From positions 32,001 through 96,000 of the IMG/VR virus record IMGVR_UViG_3300037313_001714: a stretch of 64,000 nucleotides of DNA; one strand, written 5' to 3'. Below, in pieces: positions 18,730-28,300 of this stretch. The position numbers and the translations under genes are program-made. Within the stretch, counting starts at the first letter, position 1, and each line of letters starts with the position of its first letter. Source of the DNA: a virus. The notes beneath the pieces were generated by a model. The model saw only the letters and a list, made by a program, of their open reading frames with translations, had not been told where the DNA came from and made no database searches.

Positions 18730-19817
18730 GCAACACTCCTGACGGTGGTGAGGATGTCCTGGCACAGCGTCTGCAGCTCCGCGGGCTTCGCGAAGTGCGG
18801 CTGCGCCTTGATGTAGTCGCCGATCGACTGCTCGATGCTGGTGCCGGCCTTGTAGGTGGCCCCGGTGCGGGTCGCGCCGGTGGTCGTCTTCTCGCTCAGG
18901 ACCACCACGCCCAGTGCGCCCGCGTCCATCAGGAACTGGCGGGTCGCTTCGACGTCGGCGCTCTTGCTGCTGTTGATCGTGATGCGCACGTAGTTGCCGT
19001 CGGCCACCAGCGGGATGTCGGCGGGCGGCACACTGCCGTCGATCTCGACGAAGCGCGGCGCGTTGGTGCTGTGCCACTTCACCTCGTCGTCATCGACGAT
19101 GAGAAAGCCCGCCTGGCTGCCGATGTCGCTCCAGGTCTGGTGGGTGGTCGCGCCGATCGAGTAGACGCTGCGCGCCACGCTTCCCGGCTTGAGGTCCACC
19201 GCCATCTGCTTGTGGTGGTGGTAGTGGCCCGCGAGCACCCGCCGGAAGCCGCGCGCGAGCAGCCAGTCGGCGTCCAGCCCGTGGTCCGGCAGACCCTTGA
19301 TGACGCCGTCCACCGGCGCGTGGATGATGAGGTCGGTCTCCACCGGGTCGGTGCAGTGCGCCGCCACCTCGTCGATCGTGTCCTTCAGCTCATTGATGGC
19401 GGCGTGCCAGGGCACCAGCACGACGTCGCCGACGCGCTCACCGCTGGGCGTGTTCACCACCTGGCAGCCGATGCCGCGCATCGCGGTGATGGCGCTGGAG
19501 ACGTCTTCGGCGGTGCGGCCTTCCAGGTCGTGGTTGCCCGCAAGCAGGATCGTCTGCACGCCCAGCTTGTCGTGGATGTCCCGATACAGGTCCATCGTGG
19601 GGTTCAGCACCGAGGGGGCCAGGTTGCCGCGCACGTGAAACAGGTCGCCCGCGTGGAAGAGCCGGTAGCCGCCGGCAGCCTTCACCGCTTCGGCGGCGCG
19701 CCAGGTCTCGTCCAGGATGGTCTGCAGCCGGCTGTTTACGCCGCTGGGCAGCGTGGTGGCGAAGGCAGACCACGCATGGTTATGGCTGTCCGAAATGACG
19801 CCGTACGGCTTGCTCAT
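18726..19817 (-). CDS. sbcD: SbcD/Mre11/gp47-like nuclease
   Basis: SDSH, GDLFH, GNHD, GHYH metallophosphoesterase motifs; upstream of sbcC. Confidence 0.92.
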   Translation of the reverse strand: MSKPYGVISDSHNHAWSAFATTLPSGVNSRLQTILDETWRAAEAVKAAGGYRLFHAGDLFHVRGNLAPSVLNPTMDLYRDIHDKLGVQTILLAGNHDLEGRTAEDVSSAITAMRGIGCQVVNTPSGERVGDVVLVPWHAAINELKDTIDEVAAHCTDPVETDLIIHAPVDGVIKGLPDHGLDADWLLARGFRRVLAGHYHHHKQMAVDLKPGSVARSVYSIGATTHQTWSDIGSQAGFLIVDDDEVKWHSTNAPRFVEIDGSVPPADIPLVADGNYVRITINSSKSADVEATRQFLMDAGALGVVVLSEKTTTGATRTGATYKAGTSIEQSIGDYIKAQPHFAKPAELQTLCQDILTTVRSVA

Positions 19818-19909
19818 GTCGCTCCTGAAGTCATCGGTGACTTTGCATCATGGGCGCACGAATCCCGCGCGCCCGGTTTGTTCATTATACGCAGTAAGTC
19901 AGGCGTGAG

Positions 19910-20290
19910 TCACCTGACGGGGAACGCCAGATCAATCTTCCTGGGATCGTTCGCGGGGTCGACGGCGAAGTGCGTGCAACGCACGCCCCGCTCCAGGCCC
20001 AGCGGCGTGCGCGTGACGAAGCTCTTCTCGGGATGGAAGAAGTCCTCCAGCGGCGACAGCCACACGCACTTCTTGCCGCCCCGCCTGGCCACCACGCCCA
20101 CGTGCAGGAAGCCCTGCTCGCGGCAGCGCGCCAGCGTGCCGGTGTCGATGCTCCAGCCGTTGAATTTGCGATTGAGGTGGCGCATCTGCCGGTGCGCCAG
20201 GTAGATCCGGTGGCCGCCCTCGGTCTCGTAGTAGATGCCCAGCAACTTGCCATTGAGCGTGTGCCGTGTGCGCGCTACACGATGGGCCAT
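19910..20290 (-). CDS. Hypothetical protein
   Basis: 126-aa basic ORF. Confidence 0.65.
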   Translation of the reverse strand: MAHRVARTRHTLNGKLLGIYYETEGGHRIYLAHRQMRHLNRKFNGWSIDTGTLARCREQGFLHVGVVARRGGKKCVWLSPLEDFFHPEKSFVTRTPLGLERGVRCTHFAVDPANDPRKIDLAFPVR

Positions 20291-20292
20291 GA

Positions 20293-20607
20293 TCAGAACT
20301 CACCCCAGTCGGCGTAGTGGGTGAGCGTCGTGTTCTCTTGCGCAGTGGCCTGCGCCTGCGTCACCGGGCCGTCGGCCACCGGCGGCGCCCACGGCTGATA
20401 CTTTCGCTGGAGCTGCCTGCTTTTTCGAATTTCGTTGTCCAAAAGAATCGAGACTTCCGGACTAAAGAAACGCGCATCTCCGTTTTCATCCTTGCGCGTC
20501 TGCCGCAGCCACACCAAATACCCCGGCGCCTCCTTGAGCAAACTCCCCACCGTCTGGCCCTTGTGCTTCCCGAAGGGCATGGTGTCCGTAAGATGTAGCA
20601 ATCCCAT
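20293..20607 (-). CDS. DUF3820-like protein (MPFGKHKG module) ending DWGEF
   Basis: MPFGKHKG...GYLVWL motif. Confidence 0.7.
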   Translation of the reverse strand: MGLLHLTDTMPFGKHKGQTVGSLLKEAPGYLVWLRQTRKDENGDARFFSPEVSILLDNEIRKSRQLQRKYQPWAPPVADGPVTQAQATAQENTTLTHYADWGEF

Positions 20608-20959
20608 TTGGCAGTCGCTGTAAGTAAACGACTGTGGTCCTCTTAGTCTCTGTGGCTATCTGTGGGCCATAGAGTTTCTGGAGATACTCAAACAGTCTTT
20701 GGCAGGCGTGATCCGGGTCCGGCTTTCCTTTTTCCCGATGGTTCTCTTTGGCGTGCAAAAGACAAAGCTGCATTAGCGTGCCGGTATGAACCGCCTTCAC
20801 TAAGGCCCGGCCGAAGACGATCTTTGCCTTTTCCTCCATCAAGAAAACCTCCTGACCAGGCCGCAAGCGCTTCGACAGCGCAATGCCTAATCGGAAGGTG
20901 TTGAATTCGCCGTCGACTCCCTCGATCGGCGGGGCGAATCCAATCAGCTGAACGTGCAT
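20486..20959 (-). CDS. Low-GC hypothetical protein (possible ASCH/PUA-like fold); 3' end overlaps next gene by 122 nt
   Basis: FNTFRLG...L.PGQEVFL...FGRA.V pattern; own upstream AT-rich promoter region. Confidence 0.5.
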   Translation of the reverse strand: MHVQLIGFAPPIEGVDGEFNTFRLGIALSKRLRPGQEVFLMEEKAKIVFGRALVKAVHTGTLMQLCLLHAKENHREKGKPDPDHACQRLFEYLQKLYGPQIATETKRTTVVYLQRLPNGIATSYGHHALREAQGPDGGEFAQGGAGVFGVAAADAQG

Positions 20960-21049
20960 GCCTAAACCCCCAACAGACTGCCTTAAATGAGACTATTTAA
21001 GAGCAGAGTGTAGCGGTCTAAGCTACGTTAGTCGGATTAAAACAGTCGC

Positions 21050-22063
21050 TTACGAGCCCAACAAAGCTGTCAGTTTAGGCATAAGAGAGTCGGCCCTAAT
21101 CAGCTCGGCGAAGGCCTTTTTGCTCAACTGTTTGCCGTCCCACTTAACGAAGCCTTTGGTCGGCACTTCGATCTTGCCGGCCTCCATCAAGGATTCAACC
21201 ATCGAATATTCACGGTCGAAATAAGCAGTGCCGTTTTCATCAAAGGACATCCGCATGGCGGTCTCCTTGAACGGCTTAGTGAACTTGGTTTTCACCACCT
21301 GGATGCCGATCTTCTGTGCAACAAATTCCTTGCTGCCATTGACCTGCTGCATGACCTTTTCGCGACCGAGCGCCAGGCGGGCCGACGCATAGAACTCCAT
21401 CGCCTTGCCGCCGGGCGTGGTGCGCGGGTCGCCGTAGACGACACCCGGCTTCAGACGCATCTGGTTGAGGTAGATGAACATGGCGTTGTAACGCTCGGCG
21501 TACATCGCCATCGCTTTGAGCGTCGTGGAGGTGACACGGGCCAGCGCCGTCGTGTCATTCATGTTGTAGTCGGCGAACGGTTTGGTGCCGATGCTGTCGG
21601 GAATGGCTGAGGCGATCGAATCGAAGCCGACCACGATCGGCGCCTCGGGCGCAATCACCTTCTTCTCGCGCAGCCAGTGGCAATACAGCGCAGCGCGGGT
21701 GTTGCCCTGCTCCCACGAATTGTTGGGCGGCCGGTGGTAGTACCAGTAGGGCCGCTCGTCCGACATCTTGTAGCCGTCCTTGGCCAGATCGATGTTGAAG
21801 GTGCGCTCCCAGTCGATGAAGGCGGCCGCGCCACCCATGCGCTGGGCCTGCGCCATCACGTCGGTGAGGATCGCGGTCTTGCCGGTGCCGCTCTCGCCGA
21901 AGATTTCATACATGCGGCCGAACACCCAGCCGCCGTCGTATTTCCCGGTCATCGCCTCGTTGAGCGGCGGGAAGCCGGTGTCCAGATAGACGAGGTTCAA
22001 CCCGTCGTCCTCTTCGGGAAAGGCCTTGTCGAAGTCGGCAATCAATGCTGCGCTGGCACTCAT
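21050..22063 (-). CDS. recA: RecA/UvsX-like recombinase
   Basis: DTGFPPLN, EIFGESGTGKT, FIDWE, FDSIA, LNQMR, TTPGGKAMEFYAS motifs. Confidence 0.93.
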   Translation of the reverse strand: MSASAALIADFDKAFPEEDDGLNLVYLDTGFPPLNEAMTGKYDGGWVFGRMYEIFGESGTGKTAILTDVMAQAQRMGGAAAFIDWERTFNIDLAKDGYKMSDERPYWYYHRPPNNSWEQGNTRAALYCHWLREKKVIAPEAPIVVGFDSIASAIPDSIGTKPFADYNMNDTTALARVTSTTLKAMAMYAERYNAMFIYLNQMRLKPGVVYGDPRTTPGGKAMEFYASARLALGREKVMQQVNGSKEFVAQKIGIQVVKTKFTKPFKETAMRMSFDENGTAYFDREYSMVESLMEAGKIEVPTKGFVKWDGKQLSKKAFAELIRADSLMPKLTALLGS

Positions 22064-23082
22064 GTGGAAAGTTCCTTTGGTTTGAAATGGTCGAGGTAGG
22101 CGTCGAGCTGCTTGAGGATCGAGGCGAAGGCCAGCTCCTCGCAGATCGCGGCGAAGGCCTCGGGATCGAAGCAGCCCTTGTCGACATGGATGTCGGCGGG
22201 GTTGGGTGGCGTGACCTTCAGCAGCTGCATGAGCTGGAAGTTGCGCCGGAAGATGGCGCGACCCTGGCCGGGCCAGGCGTCCTGGTGTTTCTTGAGCGCC
22301 TTCGCGTCGGTCGGGTCGCCCGCATACAGCGCGGCCCAGGCCTCCTTGTCGTGCTCGCACTCGCCCCGCCACAAGCTCTTTTCGGCCTTGCTCTTGGGCT
22401 TGTACGCGCCGCTGTCGCACTGACGCCAGAACTCGCGCACGCTGCCGAAGGTGGCGATCAGCTCGATCGCGCCCTTCTCGCCGATGCCGCCCACGCCGCT
22501 GATGACGTCCGAGCTGTCGCCCATGAGACATTTGCGCTCGAGGAACTGCAGCGGCGTGCGGCAGCCCGTCCATTCGTAGAAGTTGCGGGCCGTGACCAGG
22601 CGCGAGCCGTCGCGCATGTCGCGCCAGAAGACGTTGCGCCGCACGAACTGCAGCCAGTCACCGTCGCCGGTGATGCAGCCGATGCGGTGACGCGGATCGA
22701 CGCTGAGCTTGCGCACGAAGTGGCCGGCCAGGTCGTCGGCCTCGTGAGTGAACGCCGTGATCTGGCGGATGCCCAGGTGCCGCAGCAGACCCTGGATGTA
22801 GGGCTTCTGGCTGGCGTAGGCCTCCTTCATGGCCACCCGCTCGGGCGTCGAGCGCCGGTTGCTCTTGTAGTCCGGGTGCAGCGCGAAGCGCCACTCGGCG
22901 CGGCCGTCCCACAGCACCAGCGGCGTCGCGCCGGGATAGTCCTGGCGCAGCGTGCGCATGTCGATCAGCATCCCGTAGGCGGCCTGCGTGGGCTGGCTGC
23001 CCGAGGTCAGCTTGGTGGCTTGCTGCCAGGCGTAGCCCAGCGCATTGCCGTCCACCAGCAACGTGAACTTGTCGTAGTTCAT
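22060..23082 (-). CDS. 5'-3' exonuclease / flap endonuclease (T4 RNase H-like)
   Basis: VDGN, EADD, TGDGD, MGDSSD.I.GVGGIGEKGA (H3TH). Confidence 0.9.
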   Translation of the reverse strand: MNYDKFTLLVDGNALGYAWQQATKLTSGSQPTQAAYGMLIDMRTLRQDYPGATPLVLWDGRAEWRFALHPDYKSNRRSTPERVAMKEAYASQKPYIQGLLRHLGIRQITAFTHEADDLAGHFVRKLSVDPRHRIGCITGDGDWLQFVRRNVFWRDMRDGSRLVTARNFYEWTGCRTPLQFLERKCLMGDSSDVISGVGGIGEKGAIELIATFGSVREFWRQCDSGAYKPKSKAEKSLWRGECEHDKEAWAALYAGDPTDAKALKKHQDAWPGQGRAIFRRNFQLMQLLKVTPPNPADIHVDKGCFDPEAFAAICEELAFASILKQLDAYLDHFKPKELST

Positions 23083-23088
23083 GAACAA

Positions 23089-23170
23089 GGAGGTCGCGTG
23101 TGGGACTCGAACCCACCTGGCGGAGCGAAGCGGGAAGCTCCGCGGGCCTCACCCGAAGCCGAACGCGACC
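23089..23170 (-). ncRNA. tRNA-like RNA with tRNA-Sec-type 8/5 fold, 6-bp D stem, possible UCC (Gly) anticodon, U discriminator
   Basis: GGTCGCGT/ACGCGACC 8-bp acceptor; GTGGG-TTCGAGT-CCCAC T arm; GGCTTC-GGGT-GAGGCC D arm; GCGGAG-CTTCCCG-CTTCGC anticodon arm; ends ...ACC-T-CC(T); fills the SSB-exonuclease intergenic gap. Confidence 0.7.
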
Positions 23171-23179
23171 GTGTCCGCT

Positions 23180-24022
23180 TTACGCGGTCGTGTCGATGTC
23201 GCCCAGCAGGTCGTCCAGCTCGGCGTCGAGGGCGACACCGGCGTCCGGTGCAGTGCGGGCGGCGCCCGCGGCGCCGTTGCCGTTCACGCGCGCGCCGATC
23301 GGGGCGGCCGCCGGACGCGGCAGGGCCGTGGTCGGGGTCGCGGGCGCTGCGCCCGGTGCCGGCAGCAGGCCAGCGACCGTGTTCAGGGCCGCCAGGGCGC
23401 GCTGCTCGCCCTCGGTGCTGTCCTGCTTCACGTAGTCATCCAGGTCCGTCACCTTGTCCTGCACAGCCTTCGGGATCGGCGTGCCAGGCTTCATGCTCAT
23501 GGTGGTGGTGTAGCGCGTGTTCAGACCCGTGCCTTCGCGGTTCACGACGATTTCGTGCCCCTTCTCGGGGTCCAACACGGCTTCCGCGCCGTTCTCGATG
23601 ATCATTTCGAAGATTTGCGTCAGCACCTGCTGCGCCACTTTCGTCACCTTCGGCGTGTTGGGCTCGGACGAGTCCAGGTGCAGCGCGTTGACGAGGTGTT
23701 CCTTGCTGGACTTGGACTTCGCGAGGACTTCGGTTGTGGTGTCGTCCGGGGCGCTGGCGATCAGCGCGCGCAGCGCGTTGCAGGTGTTGCACGGCTTGCC
23801 GTCGGTGGCAGCGGCGCAGACATAGACGGCCTGGAGTTCATCGGCCGCGTTCTTGATGAAGTGCTGGCCGAAGTCGCGCCAGAACTGCTCGGGGTTCTTC
23901 GGGTTCCAGCCGGCGAACAGCCGGATGCGGTTCTTGCCTTGGTTGAAGCCGGCGGCGCGCTCGATGCGCTTCATGGCTTGTTTCTTGGAGGCGATCAGGG
24001 CAGCGATTTTTGCGGCGTCCAT
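23180..24022 (-). CDS. T4 gp32-like single-stranded DNA-binding protein
   Basis: RIRLF..W, QHF, C..CNTC Zn site, REGTGLNTRY, acidic tail DAELDDLLGDID; sits in recA/exonuclease module. Confidence 0.7.
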   Translation of the reverse strand: MDAAKIAALIASKKQAMKRIERAAGFNQGKNRIRLFAGWNPKNPEQFWRDFGQHFIKNAADELQAVYVCAAATDGKPCNTCNALRALIASAPDDTTTEVLAKSKSSKEHLVNALHLDSSEPNTPKVTKVAQQVLTQIFEMIIENGAEAVLDPEKGHEIVVNREGTGLNTRYTTTMSMKPGTPIPKAVQDKVTDLDDYVKQDSTEGEQRALAALNTVAGLLPAPGAAPATPTTALPRPAAAPIGARVNGNGAAGAARTAPDAGVALDAELDDLLGDIDTTA

Positions 24023-24157
24023 GTGGTGTGTGACAGCAGTAAAGAGGTTGAAGAGATGGCAGGTTTGCAGGTGCTTCTCGACGCGGTCGCCCGCGTCAAT
24101 CGCACCCGACATTATACCTCACCGGTGACTTACTGACGAGCCCGAGTCCGCGGGCCT

Positions 24158-25288
24158 TCAGGAGCCCGCGCGGGCTGCGTGCAAGGCCTGCACCACGCGC
24201 ACCGGCCCCTTGCTTTCCTCGCGCCGGTCGGCGCCGATCTGGATCAGCATGTCGCGCCGGTCGTTGAGCGACGCCACCAGGCTCTTGTTGATGCTGGCGA
24301 TGGTCTCGGCCTCCACCACCCGGTTCTTGATCGCGAGCCACAGCGGGTCTGTCTTGACGGCGCTCTCCACCGCCTTCTCGGTGACCTTCTCGCCGCCCGC
24401 GGCAGCCTTCGCGGCCAGGATCTTGCGGTGCTTCTCGTACAGCTGCGCCTCCTTCACTTCGGCCTGCAGCTTCACGCGGTCGGCCTGGGCCTCCGCGTTG
24501 GCCGCGAACTGCCCGTAGGTGGCGCGCAGGCTGTTCTGCTGCATCATGGCGTCGCTCAGGTTGGTGTCGCTGATCGCCGTCTCGCGCTTGAACTCGTCCA
24601 CGTCGATGGAAAAACGCAGGCCCGGGGCGACGCGCGGGTTGTGCGTGTCGGGTTCGGCGGGCGGCTTGCTGGCTTCGCTCGCCAGGCCGGTGCCCTCGTC
24701 CTTCTCGATCTCCGCGATGGCAGCGGCCGCTTCGGCCGCCTCGTTCGCTGCGGCCACCGGGGTAGCCGGGGCGGCGGGCGTTGCTGCAGCCGCCTTGCGC
24801 GTGCGCACGATGGTCTGCACCGCGACGAACGCCGACTGGTACTCGCTGCTCGCCTGGCCGTAGATGCCGGCGATGTCCTTGAGCTTGGCCTTCATCTGCT
24901 CGCCGGTCATCGGCGACCAGTCGGGCATCGTGAAAGCCGGCAGGCCCAGCGCTTCGCCGGTGCTCGGATCGTCCTCCCACGGCAGCGGGTCGGCGATGGG
25001 TGTGACCTTCTCGGGCACGACGAAGTTGGAGGGCTCGGGCGCGGCATGGGCGGCGTCGGCGATGATCGCGTCCACCTTCTGCGCGGCCGTCACGCGCTGC
25101 GACTTCAGCGCCTCGGGCGGCAGCTCGGGCTGCTCGCGCTTGGCCGGCGCGGCGACGGCAGCGGCCGCCTCCTCGACGACCACCGCGGCCGGTGCCGCGG
25201 GCGCATCGACCGCGCCGGCAGTCTCGAGTTCCAGCTCCGCCATGATGGCGTCCAGCTCCGGGTCGTTCATTTCGATTTCGCGTGCCAT
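24158..25288 (-). CDS. UvsY-like recombination mediator with long low-complexity N-terminus
   Basis: Helical C-terminal domain (TEKAVESAVKTDP...R.DML.Q.G...R.E) upstream of SSB and RecA. Confidence 0.5.
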   Translation of the reverse strand: MAREIEMNDPELDAIMAELELETAGAVDAPAAPAAVVVEEAAAAVAAPAKREQPELPPEALKSQRVTAAQKVDAIIADAAHAAPEPSNFVVPEKVTPIADPLPWEDDPSTGEALGLPAFTMPDWSPMTGEQMKAKLKDIAGIYGQASSEYQSAFVAVQTIVRTRKAAAATPAAPATPVAAANEAAEAAAAIAEIEKDEGTGLASEASKPPAEPDTHNPRVAPGLRFSIDVDEFKRETAISDTNLSDAMMQQNSLRATYGQFAANAEAQADRVKLQAEVKEAQLYEKHRKILAAKAAAGGEKVTEKAVESAVKTDPLWLAIKNRVVEAETIASINKSLVASLNDRRDMLIQIGADRREESKGPVRVVQALHAARAGS

Positions 25289-25392
25289 GTTGCGTGTGCT
25301 CCGTGTTGCGTGTGCAGGTTGCAGGTTTGAGGGTCTGACTGTAGCCCGAATGGGCAGGAAAAGATGCGTCACGGGTGACTGAGTGAAACTGC

Positions 25393-28300
25393 CTAAGAAA
25401 CGATCTCGTGAACGGTCTTGAACACCTCCTTCAAGGCGTCGTACTTGCTCGGGTCGAAGTTGATCTGTTGCGGGTTCAGGCCGCACACGATGGTGGCGGC
25501 CAGCGCCGCGTCGTAGATGGTCTTGCCCACCATCTCCGCGCCCTTGGCGCCCGGGATGAAGCGGCGGATCGCTGCTGAGCCCAGCGCCACGATCACCGGC
25601 GGCTTGATGACTTCCAGCTCGCGGGTGAGGAACTGGCTGCAGCCGTTGATCTGGTCGTTGGAGAGGAACTTGTCGTTCTTCTTGGCCTTCACGAGCGTGG
25701 TGTAGTAGCCGTCACCGGGCTGCAGGCCGGCATCGCGGATGGCTTCCTTCACCCAGCCGGCGGCCTCGCCCTCCAGCAGCTTGTCGGCCTTTTCCTCTTC
25801 CCAGCTCGGGCAGTCGGCCACCACCATGAACTTCACGTTGGACTTCATGCGCGCCTGCGGATGCGGCCGGCCGGCCAGGTCGCAGTCGCCGCACTTGCGG
25901 TACTCCTGCACGATGTGGATCACCTTCGCGCGCACGAACTTGTCGGTGACGTCCGTGGTGCGGTCGGCCTTGACGTTGTCGATGATCAGGCCTGGCATCA
26001 GCTCGGTCTGGTCGCGCCGGCGGTCCGGGTGGCGCGCCGGCTTCTCGGTCGGGTCGATGCTGGCCAGTGCGCCGACGAGTTTGAGGCGCTCGCGGTGCGT
26101 GATCGTGATCTTGCTGCCCTTGACGCTGGTCACTGCCTCGAAGTGCGCGGCGCTGGTGAAGCGGCCGCCGGCGGCGGCGCGGTGGGCCATGAGCTTGTGC
26201 GCCGTGTTGTCGCTCAGGCCCTTGACGGCGCTGAACGGTGCCAGGATGTGCGTGTCGTCGGGAATGGTGAAGCGCTCGGTGGACAGGTTGATGTCCGGCG
26301 GCAGGATCTCGATGCCCGCCTCGCGCGCGTCCTTGACCAGGCCCGCGAGCTTGTCCTCCTTGACGATCGACAGGCAGGCAGCGAAGTATTCGGCCGGGTA
26401 GCGCACGCGCAGCCACATGGTCCAGTAGCTGATGATGGAATACTCGACCGCGTGCGAGCGGTTGAAGCCGTAGCCGGCGAACGCCTCGATCTTGTCGAAC
26501 AGCGCGCCCGCGATCGCGGCATCCATGCCCGAGTGCTTCTCGCAGCCCTCCACCCAGGCCTTGCGCTGCTCGGCCATCTTGACCTTGTCCTTCTTGCCCA
26601 TCGCCTTGCGCAGGTGGTCGGCGCCGGCGCGGGAAAAGCCGGCCAGGTCGATCGCCAGCTGCATCACCTGCTCCTGGTAGACGATGACCGAGTAGGTGGA
26701 CTCGAGCGCCGCCTCCATGTTCGGGTGCTCGTAGCTGGGCGTGAGCATGCCCTGTTTGATCGCCACGAAGTCGTCCATCAGGCCCGAGTCCATCGGGCCG
26801 GGCCGGTACAGGGCGGTGGCCGCGGTGATGTCCTCGAAGGTGAGCGGTCCACCCTTGCGCAGCTCGCGCAGCAGCTTGCGCATGCCAGGCGACTCGAACT
26901 GGAAGACGCCCGTGGTGTCGCCGCGCCCGAAGGCGTCCATCACGTCCGGGTCCTCGAGCGGCAGATCGGTGTAGGTGACGTCGACGCCGTGCCGGCCCTT
27001 GATGTACTGCCGTGCGATCTCCAGCACGTCGAGCGTGGACAGGCCCAGCACGTCCATCTTGACCAGGCCCCAGTCCTCCACCGTGCGCTTGTCCCAGGAC
27101 ACCACCGGCAGGCCTTCATCCGTCTCGCTGCGCGTCTCCACGACCGCGCGCTCGTGCAGCGGCACGCCGCCGATCACCACGCCCCCGGCGTGCTGGCCGA
27201 ACGAGCGCATCACGCCTTCGAGCTTCAGCGCGTGGCCCCAGATGTGCGGATGGTTCAGGCGGAACTTGTCGATCTCGGGGATCGCTTTGGCGGCTTCCTC
27301 GAGGGTGGCCGACACGCCCTGCTCCTTTGGCACCAGCTTGGTCGGACTCAGCTCCAGGTTGGACAGCTCGTGCACCCGGCCCGCGTCCCTCAGCGCCGAT
27401 GCGGAGGCGAGCGTCGAAAAGTTGCTGACACCGGCCACCCGGTCGGCACCGTGGCGGCCGACCAGGTACTGGAAGACCTCGTGCCGCCGGCTCGTCTGGA
27501 AGTCCAGGTCCGCGTCCGGGAGGTCGAGGCGTTCAGGGTTAATGAACCGCTCGAACAGCAGGTTGAAACGGATAGGGTCCACCTCGGTGATCCCAAGGAG
27601 GTAGGCAACGAGACTGCCACCAACCGATCCCCGACCGGGACCAACAATGATGCCATTGGCTTTGCTCCAGTTCACGAGGTCCGCGACCAGCAGGAAGTAG
27701 CCGGCGAAGCCCATCTTTTTCAGGACCGCCAGCTCGTAGTTCAAGCGCTCGCGGTACTTGGGCAGGTCGGCGATCGACGGCTGGTGGCCCATGACGCGGC
27801 GGCCGAAGCGCCTACCCCAGCCCGCGATGCACAGCCTGCCCAGCTCCATGAACTCGTTGGTCGCCATGGTGGGCAGCGACACCGGCAGCTTCGCGAACTC
27901 CCACCTGCAGGCGTCGGCCAGGTGCTGGGTGTTGACCAACCCCCTGGCGAACAGGGTGGCGATCTCATGCTTGCTCAGACCCGTGTTTCCCCACTTCTCC
28001 GCACGGTCCACCGCGCCGCTCAGACGTAGTCGCAGCGTCGCAGCCGGCTTGAAGCCGAAGTCGCGCACGAACTGGCGCGGGCGGTGCCGCGTGTCCATCT
28101 TGTACTGCCCCGACGAGCAGATCGTCTGCAAGACCTCCAGCGTGGGTGCGTCTGCGTCGTCGCGGTACAGAAACGGATAGGTGACAAGGGTGCGCGCAGC
28201 GTGCGTGTGCGCTGCCTTCAGCGCGCGCGCGTTGAGCGTGTCGAACAGCGGCGTGTCGATCGGCGCCAGTTCGACATAGACGCGCTCGCGGCTGAACTTC

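Noticed and set aside
23088-23435. Plus-strand ORF with perfect AAGGAGGT Shine-Dalgarno before GTG 23100
   Set aside because: The SD-like string is the complement of the tRNA-like 3' end (ACC-T-CC-TT), and the ORF is a low-complexity antisense shadow of the SSB gene.
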